A DNA stretch of 64,000 nt from an uncultured Actinomycetes bacterium (GTDB taxonomy: Bacteria; Actinomycetota; Acidimicrobiia; Acidimicrobiales; CADCSY01): NCBI GenBank assembly GCA_963839545.1, contig CAWIVE010000005.1, positions 257,983 through 321,982 of the forward strand. Direction: 5' to 3'. Each line of letters begins with the position of its first letter. Within the stretch, counting starts at the first letter, position 1. Positions 20,007 to 29,593 of this stretch are shown in pieces. The translations under genes were made by a program, and so were the position numbers. The notes beneath the pieces were generated by a model, which saw only the letters and a program-made list of their open reading frames with translations, was not told the origin of the DNA and ran no database searches.

Positions 20007-20747
20007 GTGACGGGAAGCGGGATCTCTCTCCGGCTGGTGGCGCTCTGCGTCGACGCGAACGACCCGCTCCGCCTCGCCGGTTTCTGGGCCGAGGCGCTGC
20101 GCTGGGAGGTCGCCGACGAGACCGGTGAGGTGATCCGCCTGGTGCCGACCGACGGCACGAGGTTCCGGCTGGACTTCGCGCAGGTCCCAGAGCCCAAGGT
20201 CGGCCCGAACCGGATCCACCTCGATCTGACGACCACCTCCCTGGACGATCAGCGGAGCACGGTGGCCAGGCTCGTCGAGGTCGGGGGCCGCCACATCGAC
20301 ATCGGGCAGCGACCCGAGGAGGGCCACGTCGTGCTGGCCGATCCCGAGGGCAACGAGCTCTGCGTGATCCCGCCGGGCAACTCGTTCCTGGCGGACTGCC
20401 CGCGCCTGGGTTCGATCACCTGTGACGGGACGAGGGAGGTCGGGTGCTTCTGGAGCGCCGCGCTCGGCTGGCCGCTGGTCTGGGACCAGGACGAGGAGAC
20501 CGCGATCCGGGCTCCGGACGGCACCGGCCCGATGATCACCTGGGGTGGTCCCCCGGTGGCCCCGAAGCACGGCAAGAACCGGCTGCACCTCGACGTCGCG
20601 CCGCTCGACCCCGCCGAACAGCACGCCGAGGTCGAGCGTCTCGTGGCGCTCGGCGCGACGCGGGTCGACATCGGTCAGGGAGACGTCGACTGGGTGGTCC
20701 TCGCCGATCCCGACGGGAACGAGCTCTGCGTGTTGCGCTCGGCCTGA
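20007..20747 (+). CDS. tandem VOC (glyoxalase/bleomycin-resistance-like) domain protein
   Basis: GTG at 20007 (aa 102 of track ORF 19704..20747) two nt after upstream TGA. Two repeats of LADPEGNELCV / LADPDGNELCV. Confidence 0.6.
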   Translation: MTGSGISLRLVALCVDANDPLRLAGFWAEALRWEVADETGEVIRLVPTDGTRFRLDFAQVPEPKVGPNRIHLDLTTTSLDDQRSTVARLVEVGGRHIDIGQRPEEGHVVLADPEGNELCVIPPGNSFLADCPRLGSITCDGTREVGCFWSAALGWPLVWDQDEETAIRAPDGTGPMITWGGPPVAPKHGKNRLHLDVAPLDPAEQHAEVERLVALGATRVDIGQGDVDWVVLADPDGNELCVLRSA

Positions 20748-20750
20748 GCG

Positions 20751-22217
20751 ATGACCGAGCACGCGGTGGTGATCGCAGGCGGCGGCCCGACCGGGCTGAT
20801 GCTGGCGGGCGAGCTGGCGTTGGCGGGGATCGACGTCGTCGTCGTCGAGCGCCGCGCCAACCAGGACGTCGACGGATCGCGGGCGGGAGGTCTCCACGCC
20901 CGCACGATCGAGGTGCTCGACCAGCGGGGCATCGCCGACCGGTTCCTCTCGGCGGGGCAGGAGCACCCGCACCTGGGCTTCGCCGGGATCGTCATGGACC
21001 TCAGCGACTTCCCCACCCGCCACAACTACGTGCTCGCGCTCTGGCAGAGCCACTTCGAGCCCATCCTCGCCGACTGGGTCGGTGAGCTCGGGGTTCCGAT
21101 CCTCCGTCGCTGCGAGGTGGTGGGCTTCGTGCAGGACGACACCGGCGTCGACGTCCACCTGTCCGACGACCGGTCACTGCGCGCGGAGTACCTCGTCGGC
21201 TGCGACGGCGGACGCAGCCTGGTCCGCAAGACGGCCGGCATCGCCTTCACCGGGTTGGATCCCTCGACCAGCTGGATGATCGCCGAGGTCCAGATGGACG
21301 AGGAGGCGGAGCTCGGGTTCCGTCGCGACAGCGTCGGCACCCACGCCCTCGGTCGGGCCGGCGACGGGAAGTCGGTTCGGGTCGTGCTCACGGAACGACA
21401 GGTCGACCACACCGGCGAACCCGGCATGGACGAGCTCCGCGAGGCACTCGTCGCCGTGTACGGGACGGACTACGGCCTTCGTCGCGCCAGCTGGATCTCC
21501 CGGTTCACCGACATGACGCGGCAGGCAGCCGCCTACCGCTCCGGCCGTGTGCTGCTGGCCGGGGACGCCGCCCACGTGCACCCCCCGCAGGGCGGCCAGG
21601 GCCTCAACACCGGCGTCCAGGACGCCGTGAACCTGGGTTGGAAGCTGGCCCAGGTGGTCGACGGGACGTCACCCGAGAGCCTGCTGGACACCTACCACGC
21701 CGAACGGCACCCGGTCGGGGCCCGGGTCCTGCACAACACCATGGCGGCAGTGGCGCTCAGCAGCCCCGACGATCGCCACCAGGCCCTCCGCGAGATCATG
21801 ACCGGGCTGCTGCGCATGGACGAACCCCGCCGCCACATCGCCGCGATGCTCTCCGGCCTCGACGTCCACTACGACCTCGGCGACGGACATCCGCTGCTCG
21901 GGCGGCGCATGCCGGACCTCGACGTGCACACCGCGCAGGGCCCCACGCGTGTTCGCCATGCTGCACGACGCCCGGCCGGTGCTCCTCAACCTCGGGGAGC
22001 CGGGCGGCTTCGACGGCGCTCCGTGGGCGGATCGGGTCCGGTTCGTCGACGCCACGCACACCGGCGGGTGGGAGCTCCCGGTCCTCGGCGAGGTCCCCGC
22101 GCCCCGGCCGTGTTGATCCGACCCGACGGGCACGTCGCCTGGACAGGGGACCGCACGGACCCGGAGCTGCCCCGAGCGCTCGCGACCTGGTTCGGGGCGG
22201 CCGGGCCGGCCCGGTAG
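20751..22217 (+). CDS. FAD-dependent aromatic-ring monooxygenase (Rox/TetX-like), contains compensating frameshift pair
   Basis: GGGPTG dinucleotide-binding motif, GDAAHVHPPQGGQGLNTGVQDAVNLGWKL FAD motif. About 50 codons (about 21945-22100) read out of frame, then return. Confidence 0.7.
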   Translation: MTEHAVVIAGGGPTGLMLAGELALAGIDVVVVERRANQDVDGSRAGGLHARTIEVLDQRGIADRFLSAGQEHPHLGFAGIVMDLSDFPTRHNYVLALWQSHFEPILADWVGELGVPILRRCEVVGFVQDDTGVDVHLSDDRSLRAEYLVGCDGGRSLVRKTAGIAFTGLDPSTSWMIAEVQMDEEAELGFRRDSVGTHALGRAGDGKSVRVVLTERQVDHTGEPGMDELREALVAVYGTDYGLRRASWISRFTDMTRQAAAYRSGRVLLAGDAAHVHPPQGGQGLNTGVQDAVNLGWKLAQVVDGTSPESLLDTYHAERHPVGARVLHNTMAAVALSSPDDRHQALREIMTGLLRMDEPRRHIAAMLSGLDVHYDLGDGHPLLGRRMPDLDVHTAQGPTRVRHAARRPAGAPQPRGAGRLRRRSVGGSGPVRRRHAHRRVGAPGPRRGPRAPAVLIRPDGHVAWTGDRTDPELPRALATWFGAAGPAR

Positions 22218-22314
22218 GGCCGGACGTCCCACCAGGTGACCGTGGGGTCCGGAACGTTGCTGTCGGGGGTCGTTCGCGTCGGCCGCCTGCGGCCGGGGGC
22301 GGTTCGATGATGGA

Positions 22315-23850
22315 ATGTCCGAGATGTGCCTCGCCATCCGGATGCTCGGCCACGCGGGGCTCCGCATCGACTCCGGCCCGACCGGCATCGTCGTCGACCC
22401 GTGGTTCGCACCGGCGTACATGGGCACGTGGTTCCCGTTCCCGGCCAACCACCACTGCCGGCGGTTCGTGGAGGCGCCGGTCGACGCCGTCTACCTGACG
22501 CACACCCACCGGGACCACTGGGACGGTGCGGTGCTCCGGGACCTGGCCCGGCGGGGGGTGACGGCGATCGGCCCCGACTTCGGGGACCGGTCGGTCGAGC
22601 GCCTGGTCCGGAGCTGCGGCTTCCGGGACATCCGGCTCGTCGGCCACGGTGAGACCCTCACGATGGAGGGGGGAGCGGAGCTCACGGCGTGGCTGCACGA
22701 GTCGGACGGGCTCTCGGACTCGAGCTTCGAGCTCGTCACCGACGCTGGCTCCCTCTACAACCAGAACGACGCGCACCCCGAGGGGCTCTCGCACCTCACG
22801 CGGCAGCCGGACGTCCACCTCCTCCAGTTCAGCGGCGCGCACTGGTACCCGACGTCCTACGAGCTGCCACCGGCGGAGCGGCTCCGCGTCGGTGCCCGGA
22901 AGCGGGCGACCGTGATGGCCCGGGCGATGGCCTACCTGCGTGAGTCGGGGGCCCGGTGGGCCGTCCCCTTCGCCGGCCCCGCCTGCTTCCTGGCCGACGA
23001 CCTGCAGCACCTGAACGACGTCACCCGGGAGGGGTCGAACCCGTTCCCCGACCTCGCCGCCTTCCTCCAGGTCATGGAGGCCGAGGAGACGCATCGCGGC
23101 GTGCGGTGGCGCCCCGGGACGAGGCTGGACCTGCGCGACGGCGCGCTCTCGGTCGACCGCCACGACGAGGCGGGGGGCATCGATCCCTACGAGGAGAAGG
23201 CCCGCTACCTCGCGTCCTACCGTGAGGCGGCACGGGCGCGCGGAGACCTGGACCGGGGCGCCGAGGCCACGGCGGCGGCGGCGCAGTTCGAGGAGCGGTT
23301 CGGCGATCGGTCCCCCATCGAGGTCCTGGCCGAGCGGGCGCAGCTGCGGCTGCGGTGCATGTCGGGGCTCGAGCAGGCGCCGCCCCACGTCCTGGCCATC
23401 CGGTCGGCGGGGGAGGGGTGCTCCATCGACGTCCGGCGCCGCACGTGCCGGCACGGCCCCGACGCCGACGTCCCCGCCGCCGACTGGGAGATCGAGGTGC
23501 CCGACGGCCTCCTCCGGGAGTTCCTCGTCAGCGACGAGGAGGACCTGGCGAGCAACGTGTTCCTGTCGTACCGCTGTCGCATGACCCGGACGTGCGAGTA
23601 CTTCGAAGAGGCGATCGCCGTGCTCCGGACCCTCGGTGCCCCCGGGTGCGGCGTTGCCGCGGGTGCCGAGGCCCGCTCCGACGACACCGTGATCGCGCTG
23701 GACGGGCACCTCGTCCCCCGCTGGTGCCCCCACCGCGGCGCCGACCTCTCCCGCTACGGCGTCGTCGAGGACGACCAGGTCGTGTGCGTCGTGCACGGGC
23801 GCCGCTTCCCGCTGGCCGGGATCGCGGGTGCGGCGGTCGCCGGCCCCTGA
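22315..23850 (+). CDS. MBL-fold metallo-hydrolase fused to C-terminal Rieske [2Fe-2S] domain
   Basis: ORF track. HTHRDH (HxHxDH) motif N-terminal. CPHRGADLS...CVVHGRRF Rieske CxH...CxxH motif C-terminal. Confidence 0.6.
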   Translation: MSEMCLAIRMLGHAGLRIDSGPTGIVVDPWFAPAYMGTWFPFPANHHCRRFVEAPVDAVYLTHTHRDHWDGAVLRDLARRGVTAIGPDFGDRSVERLVRSCGFRDIRLVGHGETLTMEGGAELTAWLHESDGLSDSSFELVTDAGSLYNQNDAHPEGLSHLTRQPDVHLLQFSGAHWYPTSYELPPAERLRVGARKRATVMARAMAYLRESGARWAVPFAGPACFLADDLQHLNDVTREGSNPFPDLAAFLQVMEAEETHRGVRWRPGTRLDLRDGALSVDRHDEAGGIDPYEEKARYLASYREAARARGDLDRGAEATAAAAQFEERFGDRSPIEVLAERAQLRLRCMSGLEQAPPHVLAIRSAGEGCSIDVRRRTCRHGPDADVPAADWEIEVPDGLLREFLVSDEEDLASNVFLSYRCRMTRTCEYFEEAIAVLRTLGAPGCGVAAGAEARSDDTVIALDGHLVPRWCPHRGADLSRYGVVEDDQVVCVVHGRRFPLAGIAGAAVAGP

Positions 23851-23902
23851 CGGTCCGATCGTCCGGCGAAGGCCCTCCTCGGGCCGGTCGTAGGCTGGCG
23901 CC

Positions 23903-24575
23903 GTGGACGTCGTCATCGCGGGCGCACATGGCAAGGTCGCCCGCCTGCTCGCCCGGCGGTTGGTCGCTCGAGGCGACCGGGTGCGCGGCATCATCCGCAA
24001 CGCCGATCACGCCGCTGACATCGAGGCCGACGGCGCCGAGCCGCGGCTCGTGCGATCTCGAGGTGGCGGACGACGCCGAGGTCGACGAGGCCGCGGCGGG
24101 CGCCGAGGCGATCGTGTTCGCCGCGGGCGCCGGTCCCGGCAGCGGCGCCGAGCGCAAGTGGACCGTCGACCACGGCGCGGCCAGGAAGCTGATCGACTCG
24201 GCCGGGCGCCTCGGCGTGCGTCGCTACGTGATGGTGAGCGCGATGGGCACCGACGACCCGCCCGGGGACGACGAGGTGTTCAGCGTCTACCTGCGGGCCA
24301 AGGCCGCGGCCGACGAGGACCTGCGGGCGGCCGGACTCGATCACACGATCGTGCGACCGGGGGGGTTGACCGACGACGAGGGGCGGGGCACCGTCGCCGT
24401 CGGCCGGCACGTGGATCCCGGAGCGATCCCGCGGGCCGACGTGGCCGCGGTCCTGGCCGCGGTGCTGCCGGAGCCGCGCACCTTCCGGCGCACGTTCGAG
24501 GTGGTGGGCGGCGACATCCCCGTCGAGGACGCCCTGGCCTTCGTCGAGCAGGTCCGGCCCGACGCCACCCGCTGA
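23903..24575 (+). CDS. NAD(P)H-binding (NmrA/SDR-like) protein with one +1 frameshift near 24050
   Basis: N-term VVIAGAHGKVARLLARRL (Rossmann) in track frame 23903. Remainder (DLEVADDAEV...VRPGGLTDD...) in frame of track ORF 23355..24575. Confidence 0.55.
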
Positions 24576-24584
24576 GGGCGGCGG

Positions 24585-25736
24585 TCAGGTCGGCAGCGGG
24601 GCGCGCAGGTCGGCGACGATCCGGTCCACCTGCACCAGCAGGGCGGCGTAGCCGAGCCACTCGCCCTCGAGGCCGTCGGGGTCGTCCTCGTGGTCGAGGG
24701 CCAGCCGGGCCCGGCGGGAGGCGCCCAGCACGCACCGGTCCCGGCGGGCGCCGAGGTCGTCGAACGACCGGCTGAGGTCGGTCGAGTCGCTGTCGGCCCC
24801 GGCGAGCACGTTCTCGGTCAACGCCCGGACCACCGTCGCCAGGGAGATCAGGAGCGCGCCCATCGCGGCCATGGGCCGGTGGGTCGTGCCCGTCAGACGG
24901 GCGTGGTCGTCGAGCCCCCGGGAGATGACCGAGACGCCGATGGCCGTGCGCTCGAGCCGGGGGAGCACCTCCTCGTAGCGACCGAGCGTCCCGATGTGAC
25001 GCCGGTCCCGCACGTTCCAGCGCGCCGATTCCCGGACGTTGCCGACCGCCTCGCCGGCCTGGCCGACGACCTGCTCGCGCACCGTGCGCGCCTCTCGCCG
25101 CCACTCGACGGTCTGGTCCGTGGACCAGCCCTGCTGGAGCCCTTCGCCCATCGTCTCCAGCACCCGGTGCAGGCTCGTCCCCAACCGCTCCAGCGTCTGC
25201 GACGCGTCGACGAGTCGGGATGCGGGCAGCACGAGCGAGACGACCACTCCCACCACCGCCCCCAGCACGGTCTCCAGCCCCCGGCGCCAGCCGTAGCTCT
25301 CCTGGGTCGTCGTCACGGTGGTGAGCACGACCAGGATGCTGATCGGCATCTGCCTCGCCGAGCCCGCCGGGAGCCGGAGGACCAGTTGGGCCACGCCGAG
25401 CGACAGGGCCACGAGCAGCCCGATGGTGAGGCCGTTCAGCCCGAGGGCGTCACCGATGACCACGGCGACCAGCACCCCGAGGACCACGGCGCCGCTGCGC
25501 TGGAGGGCGGTGCGGACCGAGGCCCGCACGGAGACCTGGACGATCACGATGGCGGTCAGCGGCGCGAGCACCGGATCCGGCACGTCCGTGACGACACCGG
25601 CGATCCACCACGAGAGGCCGGCGGCCAGGCCGCACTTGGCCACGGTGCCGAGCTCGGTCGACGTCGGTGGCGTCCACGAGACGGAGCGGGCGAGTCGCTC
25701 CCAGAGCCGCCGCGCTCGACCCCCGGGGCGCGGCAT
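24585..25736 (-). CDS. FUSC/aromatic-acid-exporter-like integral membrane protein
   Basis: ORF track. Several TM helices then long hydrophilic C-terminus. Start 4 nt after upstream Gfo stop (operon). Confidence 0.5.
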   Translation of the reverse strand: MPRPGGRARRLWERLARSVSWTPPTSTELGTVAKCGLAAGLSWWIAGVVTDVPDPVLAPLTAIVIVQVSVRASVRTALQRSGAVVLGVLVAVVIGDALGLNGLTIGLLVALSLGVAQLVLRLPAGSARQMPISILVVLTTVTTTQESYGWRRGLETVLGAVVGVVVSLVLPASRLVDASQTLERLGTSLHRVLETMGEGLQQGWSTDQTVEWRREARTVREQVVGQAGEAVGNVRESARWNVRDRRHIGTLGRYEEVLPRLERTAIGVSVISRGLDDHARLTGTTHRPMAAMGALLISLATVVRALTENVLAGADSDSTDLSRSFDDLGARRDRCVLGASRRARLALDHEDDPDGLEGEWLGYAALLVQVDRIVADLRAPLPT

Positions 25737-25740
25737 CGGG

Positions 25741-26724
25741 TCAGGTCCCTCGAGGCGTCATCCCTGCGGCGACGTAGATGGCGTCCAGCACGCGCATGTT
25801 GGCGATCGAGTCCGCCGGCGGGGTCAGCGTCGGCTCACCCCGGAGCACCGCGCCGCAGAACGCCTCGAGCTGGTACTCGTACGTCGGTCGGCGCGAGAAC
25901 TTCTCCGTGCGGGTGGCGCCGTCCCGCTTCACCCGCATCCGGTGCCACACCTGCGGCGCCGTGGGGTTGATCACCCGCAGCTCGCCGCGGTCGCCCACCA
26001 CGCGGGCGGAGGTCTGCAGGACCCATCTCGACCACATCGAGCAGGTGATGCGCCCGGTGTGCCCGCTCGGGAAGGCCAGCTCGGCCCGCATGGCCCGATC
26101 GACGTCGGGGGTGCGCAGCTTGGCCGCGGCGGAGACGACCGTCGGTTCCTCCCGTCCGAGCAGGCGGGCCATGTGCACGGTGTAGGTGCCGACGTCCATG
26201 GTCGCCCCACCGGCCAGGTCGTACCGGTAGCGGATGTCGGAGAACTTGGGGAGGGGGAAGCAGAGGGCCGTCTCCACCCGCCGGATGGTGCCCAGCTCGC
26301 CGCCCTCGACGATCTCGCGCATGCGGGCCGCCAGCGGGTGGTACCGGTAGTGGAACGCCTCCATCACCACGAGGCCGGTACGGGTGGCCACGGCGGCGAC
26401 GTCCTCCGCCTCCTTGGTGTTGGCGGTGAACGGCTTCTCGCAGAGGACGTGCTTCCCGGCCTCCAGGGCGGCGATCGTCCACTCGGCGTGCAGGCCGTTC
26501 GGGAGCGGGTTGTAGACGGCGTCGACGCCCGGGTCGTCGAGCACCGCGGCGTACGAGTCGCGCACGTGCGGGATGCCGTGCTTCGACGCGAAGGCGTCGG
26601 CCCGGCTGCGGTCCCGCGCCGCCACGGCGACGACCTCGGCCTCGCCCACGTTGCGGGCGGGCTTGACGACGGCCGCCGGCGCGATGCGGGCGGCGCCCAG
26701 GATCCCGATGCGGACCGGTCCCAT
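25741..26724 (-). CDS. Gfo/Idh/MocA family NAD(P)-dependent oxidoreductase
   Basis: Start ATG at 26724 (aa 109 of track ORF). MGPVRIGILGAARIA Rossmann N-terminus, EKPF motif. Confidence 0.75.
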   Translation of the reverse strand: MGPVRIGILGAARIAPAAVVKPARNVGEAEVVAVAARDRSRADAFASKHGIPHVRDSYAAVLDDPGVDAVYNPLPNGLHAEWTIAALEAGKHVLCEKPFTANTKEAEDVAAVATRTGLVVMEAFHYRYHPLAARMREIVEGGELGTIRRVETALCFPLPKFSDIRYRYDLAGGATMDVGTYTVHMARLLGREEPTVVSAAAKLRTPDVDRAMRAELAFPSGHTGRITCSMWSRWVLQTSARVVGDRGELRVINPTAPQVWHRMRVKRDGATRTEKFSRRPTYEYQLEAFCGAVLRGEPTLTPPADSIANMRVLDAIYVAAGMTPRGT

Positions 26725-27117
26725 CCGCCGGACTGTATGCCGCTCCCGCCGCCCCGGCCTCGTCCGGCGCGGGAGCTCGGGCACGCCGGTGACGTCGCTC
26801 GTCTCCGACCGGCCGCCGGGGGGTGACGCCACGTCGGCCAGCGTCGCCAGCACCCCGCTGCACGGCCGCATGGGCCTCGTGCTTGACCACGCTCGCGGCA
26901 TCCCCCAGCGAGACGAGTCGGTCAGCGTGACGGCGCACGCCCGCAACGGCCCCGATCGGGGTTGCCGGACCATCATGTAGGTGGCGGTGGCGCGGACGAG
27001 GACCCGATCGTCGCCGTCCACGACGCCGCTGCCCCGGGGACCGTGCACGGCGACCGCTGTGGACGACCCGGGCCTCGGCCCCCGCTGGACCTCGCCTGAG
27101 CGACGAGCGACCTCCCG

Positions 27118-27756
27118 TCAGCACGATGGCGACAGCGGGCGGATGGCGGCGACGACCTCCTCGGCGACGTGGGCCGTGCCGGCCTCGTTCGGGTGGATGC
27201 CGTCCGGGGCCATGAGGTCCGGCGTCCAGTCCTCGGCGAGGTCGACCACCGTCTCGTCGGTGACCTCCTCGTCGACGACGCGCCGGTAGCGGTCGAGCGC
27301 CTCGTCCGAGCCCTGGTCGTAGGGCGGCACGAGGGCCCAGCCGGGGATCGGAGGGTCGACCACCACCACGACCTGTGCCGTCTCGACGTGGTCGAGCATC
27401 CGCCGCAGCGTCGCCCGGAACCGCTCCCGGGCCGCGTCGTCGGTGCCCCAGTGGCGGACGTCGTTCAGCACCGGCTCGAGCACGACGACATCGGCGCACG
27501 CCGGTTCCTCCGCCAGGACCCGGTCGGCGATGGCCGGGGACTCGGCCGCCGGGATCCCACGGTTCTCCCCGGGGATGCCGAGTTCGGCCGCAACCCGCTC
27601 GGGCCACGGCTCCACCGAGGGATCGGGAGCGCGCCCGGTCACCCAGGAGTGGCCGTAGGCGTAGAGGTGCGCATCGGGGTCGTCTCCGCCGCAGCCCACC
27701 AGGCCGATCGACAGCGCGCCGGTCGTCACCACGAGCCCCGCCCACCGCCGCCGCAC
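27118..27756 (-). CDS. SGNH/GDSL hydrolase family lipoprotein
   Basis: GTG at 27756 gives MRRRWAGLVVTTGALSIGLVGC with LVGC lipobox. Alternative TTG at 27792. GDSL-like HSW...DGIHPN motifs. Confidence 0.55.
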   Translation of the reverse strand: MRRRWAGLVVTTGALSIGLVGCGGDDPDAHLYAYGHSWVTGRAPDPSVEPWPERVAAELGIPGENRGIPAAESPAIADRVLAEEPACADVVVLEPVLNDVRHWGTDDAARERFRATLRRMLDHVETAQVVVVVDPPIPGWALVPPYDQGSDEALDRYRRVVDEEVTDETVVDLAEDWTPDLMAPDGIHPNEAGTAHVAEEVVAAIRPLSPSC

Positions 27757-27854
27757 GGGCGCGAGCGTCCGGGACGGGGTGACCGGCGTCAACTCGGCCC
27801 GCCTGCCCGGACCTGACGCCCCATTTGTCCACTTCGGTCGTCGGCTGCGCCACC

Positions 27855-28580
27855 GTGCGTCGCATCGTGCTGCTCTCCGTGACCTTTTCCCTGGTGGCGG
27901 CCGTCGCCTGCGAGCCGGCCGAAGCGGCGGCCACGACCACCGTCGCCAGCTGGCAGATGAACGAGCCCGCCGGGGCACGGGTCATGACCGACAGCGGGCC
28001 CAACGGCATCAACGGGAGCATCGGCGCCTCCGTCCAGACGGGGTTCACCTACGCCGGCGCCACCGGGTACCACTGGGGGTCGACGAACCCCAACGGGTAC
28101 CCGGCGAAGCCCGAGCGGCTGGTGCAGGTGCCCGATGCCCGCCTGAACCCGGGGTCCCGGGACTACGCGGTGACGGTGCGCTTCCGCACCACCCACTCCT
28201 ACGGGAACATGATCCAGAAGGGGCAGTCCGAGACGCCGGGCGGCTACTTCAAATGGGAGATCCCCTCCGGCCGGCTCATGTGCCTCTACCGGTCCCGTGA
28301 CAGCAGGGGGAACCTGCTCGGGCAGAAGGCGGTGACGGCGCCCACCCCCCTCAACGACGGGGCGTGGCACACCGTCCGCTGCGAGAAGACGGTCGACCGC
28401 GTCACGATGACCATCGACGGGACCACGGTCGTGCGCTCGTCGCGCAGCACGATCGGCGCCATCGCCAACACCATCCCGCTGAGCATCGCCGGCAAGGTCG
28501 CCTGCGACCAGGTCAAGGTGACGTGCGACTACTTCGCCGGCGACATCGACTGGGTCCGCATCGAGGCCAGCTCGCCCTGA
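27855..28580 (+). CDS. secreted LamG/concanavalin-A-like lectin-fold protein
   Basis: GTG at 27855 gives signal peptide MRRIVLLSVTFSLVAAVAC. TTG at 27825 alternative. Beta-rich Cys-containing domain. Confidence 0.5.
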   Translation: MRRIVLLSVTFSLVAAVACEPAEAAATTTVASWQMNEPAGARVMTDSGPNGINGSIGASVQTGFTYAGATGYHWGSTNPNGYPAKPERLVQVPDARLNPGSRDYAVTVRFRTTHSYGNMIQKGQSETPGGYFKWEIPSGRLMCLYRSRDSRGNLLGQKAVTAPTPLNDGAWHTVRCEKTVDRVTMTIDGTTVVRSSRSTIGAIANTIPLSIAGKVACDQVKVTCDYFAGDIDWVRIEASSP

Positions 28581-28613
28581 GGTCCCCCGCGGACGCCCGC
28601 CTAGCCTCGGGCG

Positions 28614-29471
28614 GTGGCACGACCGACGGACGCCTACCTCGGCCGGCTCGGCCTGGAGCGCGAGCCCCCGACGGTCGACGCGCTGTTCCGCATCCACCGG
28701 GCCCAGGTGGAGCGGGTGCCGTACGAGACGTTGTGGATCCACCTCGGTGAGCGGTGGTCGGTCGACCCCGAGGCGTCGTTCGAGCGCGTCGCCACCCGCC
28801 GGCGGGGCGGGTACTGCTTCCACCTCAACGGCGCGCTCAGCGAGCTGCTGGGGGACCTCGGGTACGACGTCGTCCGCCACGTCGGCGGCGTCCACGGCCC
28901 GGCCGGCCCCGCCGCCGCCGACCTCGGCAACCACCTCGTGCTCACCGTCCGGGGCCTGCCCACCGACGCCAACCCGACCGGCACCTGGTACGTGGACGCC
29001 GGCCTGGGGGACGGGCTCCACGAGCCCCTGCCCCTCCGACCCGGCACGTACCAGCAGGGTCCGTTCACCTTCGTGCTCGAGGAGACCCCCGGGAGCGTCG
29101 GCGACTGGCACCTGGCGCACGACCCCGCCGGTGGGTTCACCGGCATGGCGTGGCGGTCGGCACCGGCAGGGATGGACGCCTTCGCGGCACGCCACGTCGA
29201 GCTCTCGACGTCGCCGGACTCGGGCTTCGTGAAGGTCCTGACGGCCCAGCGCCGTGACGCGACGGGCGCCGACATCCTGAAGGGGCGCACGCTGAAGCGG
29301 GTGGGCCGACGGCGGTCCGAGGCGACGATCGCCACCCGGGCCGAGTGGACCGACGCCCTGGGCGATCTCTTCGGCCTCGACCTCGGTGCGCTGGATCCCC
29401 CCGACCGGGCCGCGCTGTGGCAGAAGGTCGACGCCGCCCACGAGGCGTGGGACGCCGCGGGACGGCCATGA
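28614..29471 (+). CDS. nat: arylamine N-acetyltransferase
   Basis: ORF track. Catalytic-Cys motif RRGGYCFHLNGA and NAT N-terminal ...LFRIHRAQVERVPYETL. Confidence 0.7.
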   Translation: MARPTDAYLGRLGLEREPPTVDALFRIHRAQVERVPYETLWIHLGERWSVDPEASFERVATRRRGGYCFHLNGALSELLGDLGYDVVRHVGGVHGPAGPAAADLGNHLVLTVRGLPTDANPTGTWYVDAGLGDGLHEPLPLRPGTYQQGPFTFVLEETPGSVGDWHLAHDPAGGFTGMAWRSAPAGMDAFAARHVELSTSPDSGFVKVLTAQRRDATGADILKGRTLKRVGRRRSEATIATRAEWTDALGDLFGLDLGALDPPDRAALWQKVDAAHEAWDAAGRP

Positions 29472-29593
29472 GCGAGCTTGCGAGCGAACCGACGAGCACA
29501 GCGTCCTTGCCGGAGCGCCAGCGACGGCCGCTCATTGGTGCCCCCGTCGATGGGACGGTCCGAGGAGCGCACGACCTGACGGTGCACCGATGA
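29468..29593 (+). CDS. candidate coupled small ORF (41 aa)
   Basis: ATG overlaps nat stop (ATGA) and its TGA overlaps next ATG (ATGA): MSELASEPTSTASLPERQRRPLIGAPVDGTVRGAHDLTVHR. Confidence 0.3.
   Translation: MSELASEPTSTASLPERQRRPLIGAPVDGTVRGAHDLTVHR

Noticed and set aside
17075-20236. N-terminal 273 aa of the sulfatase track ORF
   Set aside because: Sulfatase homology and the GGAGG ribosome-binding site begin at ATG 19417. The upstream part is antisense to the VOC gene.
21796-24000. 734-aa minus ORF, and the others at 21669..22448, 24280..25104 and 25835..28048 (minus), 24690..25970 and 25318..26826 (plus)
   Set aside because: GC-driven antisense or alternative-frame ORFs across genes that have clear domain motifs on the other strand.
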